From positions 1 to 24,486 of the forward strand of contig JBHHXT010000060.1 in assembly GCA_046757165.1 (NCBI GenBank): 24,486 nt of DNA. The letters run 5' to 3'. Of this stretch, positions 16,474-24,486 are shown one piece after another; the first letter of the stretch is position 1; every line of letters starts with the position of its first letter. The position numbers and the translations under genes are program-made. The notes below the pieces were generated by a model. That model was given only the letters and a program-made list of their open reading frames with translations. It was not told the origin of the DNA and did not search any database. This DNA comes from a bacterium. Lineage in GTDB: Bacteria; Zhuqueibacterota; Zhuqueibacteria; Oceanimicrobiales; Oceanimicrobiaceae.

Positions 16474-16662
16474 GAGCGTTTTATGCTTGCGTTTCGTTTT
16501 CTTGATTCTTAACTTTGATTCACCATAAATTTCAACAGTTTTTTTCCTTTCCCGAGGAATTTGTCATCCAGGCTGTAGAAAGGATGAGTCTGTGCGCGCC
16601 TCACGTCGGCTTTATCCGAGGTCGATCGCCCAATCAAGCTCGCAAATCCGCCACAAAAACGC

Positions 16663-16691
16663 TTGACTTTCAGTCTATTAAACTCTACATT
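16663..16691 (+). promoter_or_regulatory. Sigma-70-type promoter upstream of nth
   Basis: TTGACT-17 nt-TACATT, 35 nt upstream of ATG 16727. Confidence 0.65.
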
Positions 16692-16726
16692 GCTCGTTGT
16701 TAATTCGAGACCGAACCGTTCAAGAG

Positions 16727-17383
16727 ATGCCCGATAATCTCCGCAAAACAGCTTCCGAAATCATCGAACGGCTGGACACAGCTTACCCTCAGGCCCATCA
16801 AGAACTGAATTTCTCGAATCCGTTTCAATTGCTTATCGCAACGATTTTGGCTGCGCAGTGCACCGATGCGAAGGTGAATCAGGTGACGGAGGGCCTGTTC
16901 AAAAAATATCCGGATCCGGAAAGTTTCTTGCCGGTCGACGAGGCCGATTTGCAGAACGAGATCAGATCGATCACCTTTTACCGCAACAAGGCGAAAGGAA
17001 TCAAGAAGGCGTGCAGGATTTTGGTTGATGAGTTTGGCGGGCAGGTGCCCGCTACCGTCGAGGATCTGACCAAACTCCCCTATGTTGGCCGGAAGACGGC
17101 GAATGTCGTCCTGGCGAATGCCATGGGCATTGCAGCGATTGGCGTTGACACGCACACATTGCGGGTGCCCAACCGCCTCGGTTGGGTGGAAACGCAAGAC
17201 CCGGACCGGGTCGAGGCGGCCCTGTGTGAGCTGTTGCCGCGTGAAAAATGGCACCGGGCCAACCTCGTACTTCAGTGGCATGGGCGGTATACCTGCAAGT
17301 CTCGGAAACCCCTGTGCAGCGAATGTGTCATATTCGAGAAGTGTAGCTGGCTGGATAAAGAAAAGTACGGTCATCAAAATTAG
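16727..17383 (+). CDS. nth: Endonuclease III
   Basis: Motifs FQLLIATILAAQCTD, HhH LPYVGRKTANVV, VDTH, and 4Fe-4S motif CKSRKPLCSECVIFEKC. Confidence 0.96.
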   Translation: MPDNLRKTASEIIERLDTAYPQAHQELNFSNPFQLLIATILAAQCTDAKVNQVTEGLFKKYPDPESFLPVDEADLQNEIRSITFYRNKAKGIKKACRILVDEFGGQVPATVEDLTKLPYVGRKTANVVLANAMGIAAIGVDTHTLRVPNRLGWVETQDPDRVEAALCELLPREKWHRANLVLQWHGRYTCKSRKPLCSECVIFEKCSWLDKEKYGHQN

Positions 17384-17392
17384 GAAATCATC

Positions 17393-17785
17393 ATGGAAAA
17401 TGTCCCCCCAGATCCGTCATGGGAAGATAAAGCCGGGGAGCCAAACCCACAGCGAGGTTTCCCGATCGCAGAGGTTGTGTCGCTGGAAACGGTCGTAAAT
17501 ATTTTGATCCGAAAGGGCATTTGCACACCTGATGAACTTTACGAAGAGGAACAAAAGCGCCGGAAAGAAATGCTCAGCACCCGGCCCACACCGGTGGTGC
17601 ACACTGGACGTCAGGCCCATTCACACGGCAACGGTACCAACCACAGACGTACGTCGAGCTGGCTCAAGCGAAAGATGAGCAAGCGACGTTGGACCAGGCG
17701 GTTGGGAACGCGCATCTTTGGCTGGGAGTGGAAGAAGGTCAAAACGAACAAGGGAGACCACCCGTTTGAAAATCCTCAACTTTAG
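17393..17785 (+). CDS. Hypothetical protein, 130 aa
   Basis: Starts 9 nt after the nth stop, RBS AGGA. Helical LETVVNILIRKGICTPDEL segment and a basic, Trp-rich C-terminus. Confidence 0.7.
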   Translation: MENVPPDPSWEDKAGEPNPQRGFPIAEVVSLETVVNILIRKGICTPDELYEEEQKRRKEMLSTRPTPVVHTGRQAHSHGNGTNHRRTSSWLKRKMSKRRWTRRLGTRIFGWEWKKVKTNKGDHPFENPQL

Positions 17786-17954
17786 ACGTTGCCTGAGCCG
17801 GACAAGCCCCGCAGAAGGCGCGGGATTCAACAACCGGAAATTCGAAATCTTCAGCTCCAAATCCGAAAAAAGCCGGGTCACAAAAAACCTGGCCCCGGCA
17901 GTCATTTTAGGAATACAATCAGGACAGTCGTGGCAAAAAGGAACCCGTCAGGTC

Positions 17955-18743
17955 GTGAAACGGGCCGTCGCGCTGCTGGTCTTGCTGGGGTTATCGCCGG
18001 CATCTGGTTTTTCACAAAACTATCCTGAACCTCAGGGCTTTGTCAGTGATTACGGAAACGTCATTCCCGCCAGCATCGAGGCAAAAATCACCACTGTCTG
18101 CACGGAGGTGAAGCAGAAGACCGGTGCAGAAATCGCTGTGGTTACCGTCGAGAGTGTCGGTGACGAGCACTATACTGATTATGCCAACAAGCTGTTTGAA
18201 CGGTGGGGCGTTGGTCAGAAAGGCAAGGACAACGGCGTCATGCTTTTTCAGGCCGTGCAGGAGAGGAGCTTTCGTATCGAGGTGGGCTATGGTCTGGAGG
18301 GGATTATTCCGGATGGGCTGGCAGGCGAGATTCGCGACCGCTATGTTTTCCCCAGCTTTCGAAAAAATGAGTTTGGACAGGGTCTCCTTCTCGGAACGCA
18401 GGCGATAGCGAGTATCATCGCCAGCGACGCCGGGGTAGAGCTGACCGGCAGCATCCCGGTGACGCGGGTGCGCAGGACACGAAGCAAGCGGGTGAGTGGC
18501 GCTGTCTTTTTCAAGTTTCTGATGATGCTCATTTTCCTTTCGCTGTTTTTTCGCGGCGGCAGAGGAGGCAGAGGCGGCCTCCTGCCGTTGCTCTTGCTTG
18601 GTGGCCTGATGGGGGGTGGGCGCAGCCGTTACCACGGTGGCTTCGGCGCAGGCGGCTTTGGCGGTGGCGGGGGCTTTGGGGGTGGGTTTGGCGGCTTTGG
18701 TGGCGGTATGAGCGGCGGCGGCGGGGCCGGTGGCAGTTACTGA
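17955..18743 (+). CDS. TPM-domain (YgcG-like) membrane protein with Gly-rich tail; start uncertain
   Basis: Signal peptide VKRAVALLVLLGLSPASG. Motifs FVSDY, AEIAVVTV, WGVGQKGKDNGV, RIEVGYGLEG, a TM helix, and GGFGGGMSGGGGAGGSY. Confidence 0.9.
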   Translation: MKRAVALLVLLGLSPASGFSQNYPEPQGFVSDYGNVIPASIEAKITTVCTEVKQKTGAEIAVVTVESVGDEHYTDYANKLFERWGVGQKGKDNGVMLFQAVQERSFRIEVGYGLEGIIPDGLAGEIRDRYVFPSFRKNEFGQGLLLGTQAIASIIASDAGVELTGSIPVTRVRRTRSKRVSGAVFFKFLMMLIFLSLFFRGGRGGRGGLLPLLLLGGLMGGGRSRYHGGFGAGGFGGGGGFGGGFGGFGGGMSGGGGAGGSY

Positions 18744-18781
18744 TTAGACACGTTAACGGTGGCACGACGAACGGAGCATGT

Positions 18782-19507
18782 ATGGCGAGAATCCCTGAAT
18801 CACCAGAAGAAATCTTCGGCACGTTTTCAAACGATGTTCAAAAAGTATTTGGCGCAGATTTGGTTGCCATTATTCTCTTCGGTAGCGGCGCCAGGGGCCA
18901 GTATGTTCGGGACCGATCCGACATCAACTTTCTGATCGTGCTGACGCAGACGGGCATCGACCGGCTGCACGAGGCGCTCGATCTGGTCGCCAGGTGGCGC
19001 AAAGTCAAGGTCGCGGTTCCGCTCTTCCTGACCCGGGAGTATATTGATTCGGCGCTGGACACCTTCCCGATCGAGTTTCTCGACATGAAGAATTTTCACA
19101 AGCTCGTCTTTGGAGAGGATGTGCTGGCCGGCATCCAAATCGACAAAAATGACTTGCGCCGCCAGATCGAGCGGGAGCTGCGCGGCAAGCTCATCCATCT
19201 GCGCAGTGGCTTTCTGAGCACCGGAAATGACCGCACCGAGCTGCAGAATATGCTTGCTGCCTCAGTGACCGCTTTCATTGCCATATTCGAGGGACTGCTC
19301 TACCTGAAGGAACAGGCAATCCCCGATTCAAAACCAAAAAGTTTTCAAGAGACAGCCCAACTCTTTGGCCTGGACAGCCTGGTTTTCACCCAGGTGATGA
19401 ATATCAAGCGAGGGGAGTGGCGTGGCTCAAAGATTCAGGTACAAGGAATTGCTGTTTCCTATATTCACGAGATAAAGAAGTTGGTTGAGGTGGTGGACAA
19501 GATGTGA
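18782..19507 (+). CDS. Pol-beta-superfamily nucleotidyltransferase-like protein with helical C-domain, 241 aa
   Basis: Motifs IILFGSGARG....SDINFLIV and DTFPIEFLDM.....FGEDVL. RBS GGAG. Confidence 0.8.
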   Translation: MARIPESPEEIFGTFSNDVQKVFGADLVAIILFGSGARGQYVRDRSDINFLIVLTQTGIDRLHEALDLVARWRKVKVAVPLFLTREYIDSALDTFPIEFLDMKNFHKLVFGEDVLAGIQIDKNDLRRQIERELRGKLIHLRSGFLSTGNDRTELQNMLAASVTAFIAIFEGLLYLKEQAIPDSKPKSFQETAQLFGLDSLVFTQVMNIKRGEWRGSKIQVQGIAVSYIHEIKKLVEVVDKM

Positions 19508-19592
19508 GGGGTCAGACGTAAGAGTGAGAGGTGTAGAGTCATTCTGGTCTTGTGTCGGAGAAAGGGTCAACGAAAATCTGAAGGAGGCATAA

Positions 19593-20216
19593 ATGAGCAA
19601 AGGCATGAAAATCTTTCTGGGAATCATGGCTGTGTTAGTGATTCTCGTCATCGGTGCATACGCGTCGATCAAGGGAACGTACAATTCTCTCGTGAGTCTG
19701 GACGAAGGGGTGAACGGCGCCTGGTCGCAGGTGCAAAACGTCTACCAGCGCAGGGCAGACCTCATCCCGAATCTGGTGCAGACTGTCAAAGGGTACGCGG
19801 CGCACGAAAAGGAGACGCTGGAGGCGGTCATTCAGGCGCGGGCAAGCGCGACCCGGCCCCAGATCAACGCGCGCGAGGTGCTACAGAATCCGCAGCTTTT
19901 TCGCCAATTCGAGCAGGCACAGGGTCAGCTCACCTCAGCGTTGGGCCGGTTGATGGTGGTCATCGAGCGCTATCCGGACCTGAAGGCCAACACCAATTTT
20001 ATCCGCCTGCAAGACGAGCTCGCCGGCACGGAGAACCGGATTGCTGTCGAACGCAGACGTTTCAATGAAAGTGTTCAGGGCTACAATCAAACCGTACGCT
20101 CATTCCCGACCATGATCTTTGCCGGCGTGTTCGGTTTTCAGCAGCGCCAGTATTTTGAAGCGAGTCCCGAGGCGCAGCAGGCGCCCGAAGTTGATTTTTC
20201 AACCAACAACAACTGA
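19593..20216 (+). CDS. lemA: LemA family protein, 207 aa
   Basis: N-terminal TM helix. Motifs YNSLV, WSQVQNVYQRRADLIPNLV, ERYPDLKA, LQDELAGTENRIAVERRRFN and FP. RBS GGAGG. Confidence 0.95.
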   Translation: MSKGMKIFLGIMAVLVILVIGAYASIKGTYNSLVSLDEGVNGAWSQVQNVYQRRADLIPNLVQTVKGYAAHEKETLEAVIQARASATRPQINAREVLQNPQLFRQFEQAQGQLTSALGRLMVVIERYPDLKANTNFIRLQDELAGTENRIAVERRRFNESVQGYNQTVRSFPTMIFAGVFGFQQRQYFEASPEAQQAPEVDFSTNNN

Positions 20217-20429
20217 GCAAATTTGCACGATGGTTGAATTTCCAAGGGCAAGTGAATTTCACAACTTTTCAGCAGGCTGTCTTAGCTCAAGACAGCCTTT
20301 TTCATTTCGAAACAGGCGTTTTTTCCCGGGACTCGAGCGCTGGCAAAAGTTGTTCTTGGTTTTGGAAACAACAGGCGGAAAGGATGGCTGCACAAGCGTT
20401 ATTTTGCCAGGTAATCAGGGCCGGATGCT

Positions 20430-20445
20430 TGGCATGTCATTTGGT
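20430..20445 (+). promoter_or_regulatory. Possible sigma-54 (-24/-12) promoter of gdhA
   Basis: TGGCATG-TCAT-TTGGT against consensus TGGCACG-N4-TTGCW; the -12 C is replaced by G. Confidence 0.3.
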
Positions 20446-20508
20446 ACGATTCAATGTTCGACCTTAATCACCATCTTGTGAGACCACGACCTAAATTAGG
20501 GAGGCGTT

Positions 20509-21870
20509 ATGTCTGAGTATGTCAGCGATTTGATGGCCGAAGTCAAAGCCAAGAATCCAAGTGAACCAGAATTTCACCAGGCAGTCGAAGAGGTGGCGGA
20601 ATCTCTGGACCTGGTGTTCGAGAGACATCCAGAGTACCGTGCGGAGAAGATTCTGGAGAGAATGATCGAGCCGGAGCGCGTTATCATGTTCCGGGTGCCC
20701 TGGATGGATGATCGGGGCAAGGTACAAATCAACCGCGGCTTTCGCATCGAAATGAACAGTGCCATCGGGCCCTACAAAGGCGGCCTGCGGTTCCACCCCT
20801 CGGTGAATCTCGGTATTCTCAAATTCCTCGCGTTCGAGCAGGTGTTCAAGAACAGCTTGACCACCTTGCCGATGGGCGGCGGCAAAGGGGGGTCGGATTT
20901 CGACCCGAAAGGCAAGAGCGACAACGAAGTGATGCGCTTCTGCCAGAGTTTTATGGCCGAGTTGTCCCGCCATATCGGACCGAACACCGATGTGCCGGCA
21001 GGAGATATTGGCGTGGGCGCGCGCGAGATTGGATTCTTGTTCGGCCAGTACAAGAAACTGCGCAATGAATTTAGCGGTGTGCTCACGGGCAAAGGGCTGA
21101 ACTGGGGCGGGTCCCTCATCCGGCCCGAAGCGACCGGATACGGGGCAGTCTATTTCGCCGGCGAGATGCTGGCGACTCGGGGGCAGAGCTTTGATGGCAG
21201 AATCTGTCTCGTTTCCGGCAGCGGCAATGTGGCGCAGCATACGGTTGAAAAGATCAACGCGCTGGGTGGAAAGGTAGTGACCATCTCGGACTCCAGTGGC
21301 TACATCTACGACGAAGCGGGCATCACACCTGAAAAGCTCGAGTTTGTCAAGGAGATCAAGAACGTCCGCCGCGCTCGAATCAGGGAGTACGCTGACCAAT
21401 ATACGAGTGCAGTCTACACGCCTGTCGACCCATCTTTGGACTACAATCCACTGTGGAACCACAAGGCGGAGTGCGCTTTCCCGAGCGCAACCCAGAACGA
21501 AATCACTGCCAAAGACGCCCGGCATCTTTTGGAGAACGGCGTTTACGTGGTGAGCGAGGGCGCCAACATGCCCACCGAACTCGATGGCGTGAAATTATTC
21601 CTCGATGCCGGCATCCTGTACGGACCGGCCAAGGCGGCCAACGCTGGCGGTGTGGCGGTCTCCGGACTGGAGATGACGCAGAATAGTATGCGCCTGCCCT
21701 GGACCAGAGAAGAAGTCGACCAGCGTTTGCACCAAATCATGAAAAGCATCCACAAGAGCTGCGTCGAAATGGCGGAGCGTTTCGGCACAAAAGGCAACTA
21801 TGTCAACGGCGCCAACATCGGCGGTTTCCTGAAGGTGGCCGATGCGATGATGGACCAGGGTCTGGTGTAG
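20509..21870 (+). CDS. gdhA: NADP-specific glutamate dehydrogenase, 453 aa
   Basis: Motifs GPYKGGLRFHPSV, LPMGGGKGGSDFDPK, DVPAGDIG, RPEATGYG, SGSGNVA, EGANMP and KAANAGGV. RBS GGAGG. Confidence 0.97.
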   Translation: MSEYVSDLMAEVKAKNPSEPEFHQAVEEVAESLDLVFERHPEYRAEKILERMIEPERVIMFRVPWMDDRGKVQINRGFRIEMNSAIGPYKGGLRFHPSVNLGILKFLAFEQVFKNSLTTLPMGGGKGGSDFDPKGKSDNEVMRFCQSFMAELSRHIGPNTDVPAGDIGVGAREIGFLFGQYKKLRNEFSGVLTGKGLNWGGSLIRPEATGYGAVYFAGEMLATRGQSFDGRICLVSGSGNVAQHTVEKINALGGKVVTISDSSGYIYDEAGITPEKLEFVKEIKNVRRARIREYADQYTSAVYTPVDPSLDYNPLWNHKAECAFPSATQNEITAKDARHLLENGVYVVSEGANMPTELDGVKLFLDAGILYGPAKAANAGGVAVSGLEMTQNSMRLPWTREEVDQRLHQIMKSIHKSCVEMAERFGTKGNYVNGANIGGFLKVADAMMDQGLV

Positions 21871-22108
21871 AATCATCATGGGGGCGCCGGGGCTGCAACA
21901 GCTCGGTGCGATTTCCCCGCCAAGCCACGGGGCTGCCGCTCGGACCTGGAGCTTCAATCAGGGTTACGGGGGGCAGCCTGTTCCTTCCTGGCAGTAACAG
22001 GTTCTGTCTGTGTTTTGGTATCCTGGTCGGCACTCGGGTTCCAAGATAATATACGTTCAGAGACCGTGGAGGATCGGTCGGTGCTGGCTCATAATACGCC
22101 AGGTCTTG

Positions 22109-22160
22109 CCACGAAGTAATCGTCTGCTTTTTCTTCGTGTCCTTCGTTCACTTCGTGGTT
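22109..22160. repeat. Degenerate CCACGAAG / (CTTCGTGNN)3 palindromic element
   Basis: CCACGAAG at 22109; CTTCGTGTC CTTCGTTCA CTTCGTGGT at 22133-22159. Confidence 0.5.
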
Positions 22161-22262
22161 CATGAATTTTCCAGGCCAGGAAGCTTTCCCCGGGTGCGGC
22201 GCCTGCCGGTTTTTTTTGTTGCATATAACAATCGGGTAACATACATTTCAAGTCGTGCAGGG

Positions 22263-22307
22263 GAACGGAACCGGAACCGGAATCAGATCCGGAACCAGAA
22301 CCAGAAC
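22263..22307 (+). repeat. Imperfect hexamer tandem repeat (RGAACC)n
   Basis: GAACG GAACCG GAACCG GAATCA GATCCG GAACCA GAACCA GAACC. Confidence 0.7.
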
Positions 22308-22452
22308 CTCCTCACGGTCAATATCTAGCTCGATTCGAAACACCGACCAACAGCAACGCCTACACTCTCCCTGAATAATGTCACTTTGACCATTTGGTCA
22401 TCCCCGACATTGGCAATATCGGTTTTGCCTGGTCAATCGCCGGGAGCATGCC

Positions 22453-22611
22453 ATGAAGATGAATTCCCTTACGGTTACCTCACTGCTAATTCTCTTGCCT
22501 GGCTCGGGTGCGCTCAATGGGTGCACGACGCCTTACCGGGAGGCGTTGGATTTTCACGATTTTGCGAAAATCGACACAGTGGAAACGAAAAAGCTTTTGC
22601 TTATGAGATAG
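22453..22611 (+). pseudogene. Short ORF with lipoprotein-like signal (52 aa); possible remnant
   Basis: RBS GGGAG. MKMNSLTVTSLLILLPGSGALNGC-TTPY..., lipobox-like LNGC, early stop. Confidence 0.3.
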
Positions 22612-22654
22612 TCACACAAGAAAAGATGCGTACAGCAAAAAAGAGGAAGATAAA

Positions 22655-23980
22655 ATGAGGAACAAGATTCTATGGGGACCTCTGGTAGGATTTGTCTACA
22701 GCTTTATTCCAACCTTACTTTGGTGCCAGTTTGATTGGGTTCCTTATGAAAACAACCCGGTTATCGATGAGAACTTTGATCCCGGCGCCAAATCAATTGC
22801 CAGACCCTCGGTCGTATTTGATGGTTCGACTTACCACATGTGGTATGCGAGTGGACGCCCTCTGGGCATTATCCCCGAACGAGGTTTCATGGGGTATGCC
22901 ACCTCCCAGGATGGCATAAACTGGACGCTGATAGACCCTGAAGTCATTGCCCCCACTCGAGACAATAGCCGGTTTGATCAATTTGACGCAAGCCAGGGCT
23001 GGGTCATCGCGGATAAGGATACTTTCAAAATGTGGTACTGGGGATTCAACCCGGACTTTGGTGAGCTGGGGATGACCAGTTTCGGTTATGCCTGGTCGAC
23101 TGACGGCGAAAACTGGACAAGGGTGAATGGCCCGGGCATGTTTGGCAGTGTCTATGACCGAATTATGGATGGCAACCTCGAGGGCATCGGTTTGGCAGCT
23201 CCCTGTGTGATTAAGGATGGCGATGCCTACCACATGTGGTATACGAGAGTGGAGGTGATTCCTTTTCTGTTCCGGATTGGCTACGCAACTTCACCTGACG
23301 GGATCAAGTGGACCAATGTTCCGGGAGGCGGCAGGGATGGTGCGGTATTGGATTGGGGCGATGCCGGCCGTTTTGATGAGGTCTCCGTTGCCTGGCCGGC
23401 CGTCATCAGAACGGAACAGGGGTTCATCATGTGGTATTTTGGCGCTGATCAAAGTGGAGTCGGCAGACTTGGATGTGCCAGCTCGACAGATGGGGTGAAC
23501 TGGACACGAGTCAACGGCAATGGCACAAATGGCGCATGCTTCGATGAGGCGCATGCCGTTTCTGTGCTGAAGACAGATGAAGGTTACAAAATGTGGTACG
23601 CAGTTTTTGACACCAAGACCGTAAATCTTGCCTTTTCAGATGTTGGCCTTAGGGTTGAAGACCTGGGCAACGGGCAACTTCCGGCAGGGTTCGCTTTGAA
23701 GCAGAATTATCCCAATCCTTTTAATCCCAGTACCACCATTCGCTTTGAGTTATCGACATCACGTTTTGTGACATTACGAATTTACAACACACTTGGCCAG
23801 GAGGTGCGCACGCTGGCAAGTGGCGAGTATGCAGGTGGCAAGTATGAAATCGCATGGGATGGTAGCGATGACGCAGGTCAGCACGTCACCAGCGGTGTAT
23901 ACTTCTTGCGGATGGGCGTTTCGAGGGGGAAACGGGGCACAGATTTCGTGCAGGTGAGGAAAATAGTATTGATGAAATGA
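22655..23980 (+). CDS. Secreted 5-bladed beta-propeller (glycoside hydrolase GH32/43/130-like fold) with FlgD-Ig/Por-type C-terminal tail, 441 aa
   Basis: Five (P)xV..D...Y/F.MWY blades with GYATS.DGINW-type repeats. Tail FALKQNYPNPFNPSTTIRF...IYNTLGQEVRTL...WDG.D..G..V.SGVYF...KIVLMK. RBS GAGGA. Confidence 0.85.
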   Translation: MRNKILWGPLVGFVYSFIPTLLWCQFDWVPYENNPVIDENFDPGAKSIARPSVVFDGSTYHMWYASGRPLGIIPERGFMGYATSQDGINWTLIDPEVIAPTRDNSRFDQFDASQGWVIADKDTFKMWYWGFNPDFGELGMTSFGYAWSTDGENWTRVNGPGMFGSVYDRIMDGNLEGIGLAAPCVIKDGDAYHMWYTRVEVIPFLFRIGYATSPDGIKWTNVPGGGRDGAVLDWGDAGRFDEVSVAWPAVIRTEQGFIMWYFGADQSGVGRLGCASSTDGVNWTRVNGNGTNGACFDEAHAVSVLKTDEGYKMWYAVFDTKTVNLAFSDVGLRVEDLGNGQLPAGFALKQNYPNPFNPSTTIRFELSTSRFVTLRIYNTLGQEVRTLASGEYAGGKYEIAWDGSDDAGQHVTSGVYFLRMGVSRGKRGTDFVQVRKIVLMK

Positions 23981-24114
23981 AGCAGCACCGCGGCTATGAC
24001 GCAGATTGGGATGGACGGGACCAGCACGGTCTGGAAGTCGGCAGTGGGTTGTATTCGGTGCGGATAGTTGCCGGTGAATCTACAGACAGTAAGAAAATTG
24101 TGCTTTTGAAGTAA
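23977..24114 (+). pseudogene. Orphan second C-terminal FlgD-Ig/sorting tail fragment (45 aa)
   Basis: MKQHRGYDADWDGRDQHGLEVGSGLYSVRIVAGESTDSKKIVLLK*, paralogous to the tail of the preceding gene; ATGA overlap with its stop. Confidence 0.7.
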
Positions 24115-24338
24115 CATCTGCCCGGTCAATTAGCTTGTGGTATCGCTGCGCATCTGTGGTGAAATTTCACACCCGGACGGTGCATTTGTCTCCTTGGTAG
24201 ATACCATAAGTTTTTAATTATCATAAGATAATGTAGAATCCTCGTGGGTGTGGCACAGGATTTGAATTCGACAATTGGCAACACGGGTAGGGCGCCTTTT
24301 CGGTCATTCCTCAAAACACGACAAAAGAGGAGGATGTC

Positions 24339-24486
24339 ATGAGAAAAATCGAGTGCTTTGCCATTCTTGTCCTTCTATTCAGTGTTGTTGGATGTGGTGA
24401 GAAAGATTCCCCCACATCGAGTGAACCCCTGGTGCAATCACCATCTTGCACAAAACCTGCGCACAGCAGGATCGATGCCTTTACCC
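24339..24486 (+). CDS. Putative lipoprotein, 5' partial
   Basis: RBS GAGGAGG. MRKIECFAILVLLFSVVGC-GEKDSPTSS, lipobox VVGC; open to the window end. Confidence 0.7.
   Translation, partial: MRKIECFAILVLLFSVVGCGEKDSPTSSEPLVQSPSCTKPAHSRIDAFT

Noticed and set aside
17718..17954. N-terminal extension of the TPM ORF
   Set aside because: It overlaps the upstream gene and repeat relics; the signal peptide begins near GTG 17955.
20491..21525. 344-aa antisense ORF over gdhA
   Set aside because: Shadow ORF. Long antisense frames are a familiar by-product of gdhA codon usage, and it has no independent motifs.
23925..23980. Programmed -1 frameshift joining the propeller gene to the second tail
   Set aside because: GGGAAAC is present but not in the frame required for a slippery heptamer, and no stimulatory structure is seen.

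Overview
Bacterial genomic DNA, roughly 50-60% GC. A SusC/SusD pair and a secreted protein with a 'QNYPNPFNPSTTI' FlgD-Ig/Por-type C-terminal tail suggest an FCB-related lineage such as KSB1 or Calditrichota (inference). Minus-strand block: SusC-like TonB-dependent receptor, SusD-like lipoprotein, DUF3179-like membrane protein, PaaK-like CoA ligase, ECF sigma factor, ChrR-like anti-sigma, aldehyde dehydrogenase and a small cassette-like ORF with a degenerate attC. Plus-strand block: DUF3311-like peptide, sodium:solute symporter, tandem OsmC-like protein, nth, a hypothetical protein, a TPM / nucleotidyltransferase-like / LemA cluster, gdhA, a 5-bladed beta-propeller secreted protein and a partial lipoprotein. 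A PemK/MazF-like 3' fragment lies at the left edge. Signals not explained by the gene calls: (i) two TGATC(C/G)-N16-CGTA(A/C)T motifs that link the ECF/ChrR pair to the aldehyde dehydrogenase; (ii) ~175-bp inverted copies of a palindromic element bracketing the symporter gene; (iii) an internally deleted four-helix-bundle gene inside heptamer-repeat inverted arms; (iv) many small palindromic elements, several overlapping host stop codons; (v) an orphan second C-terminal sorting tail. All family assignments come from motif recognition, not database searches.
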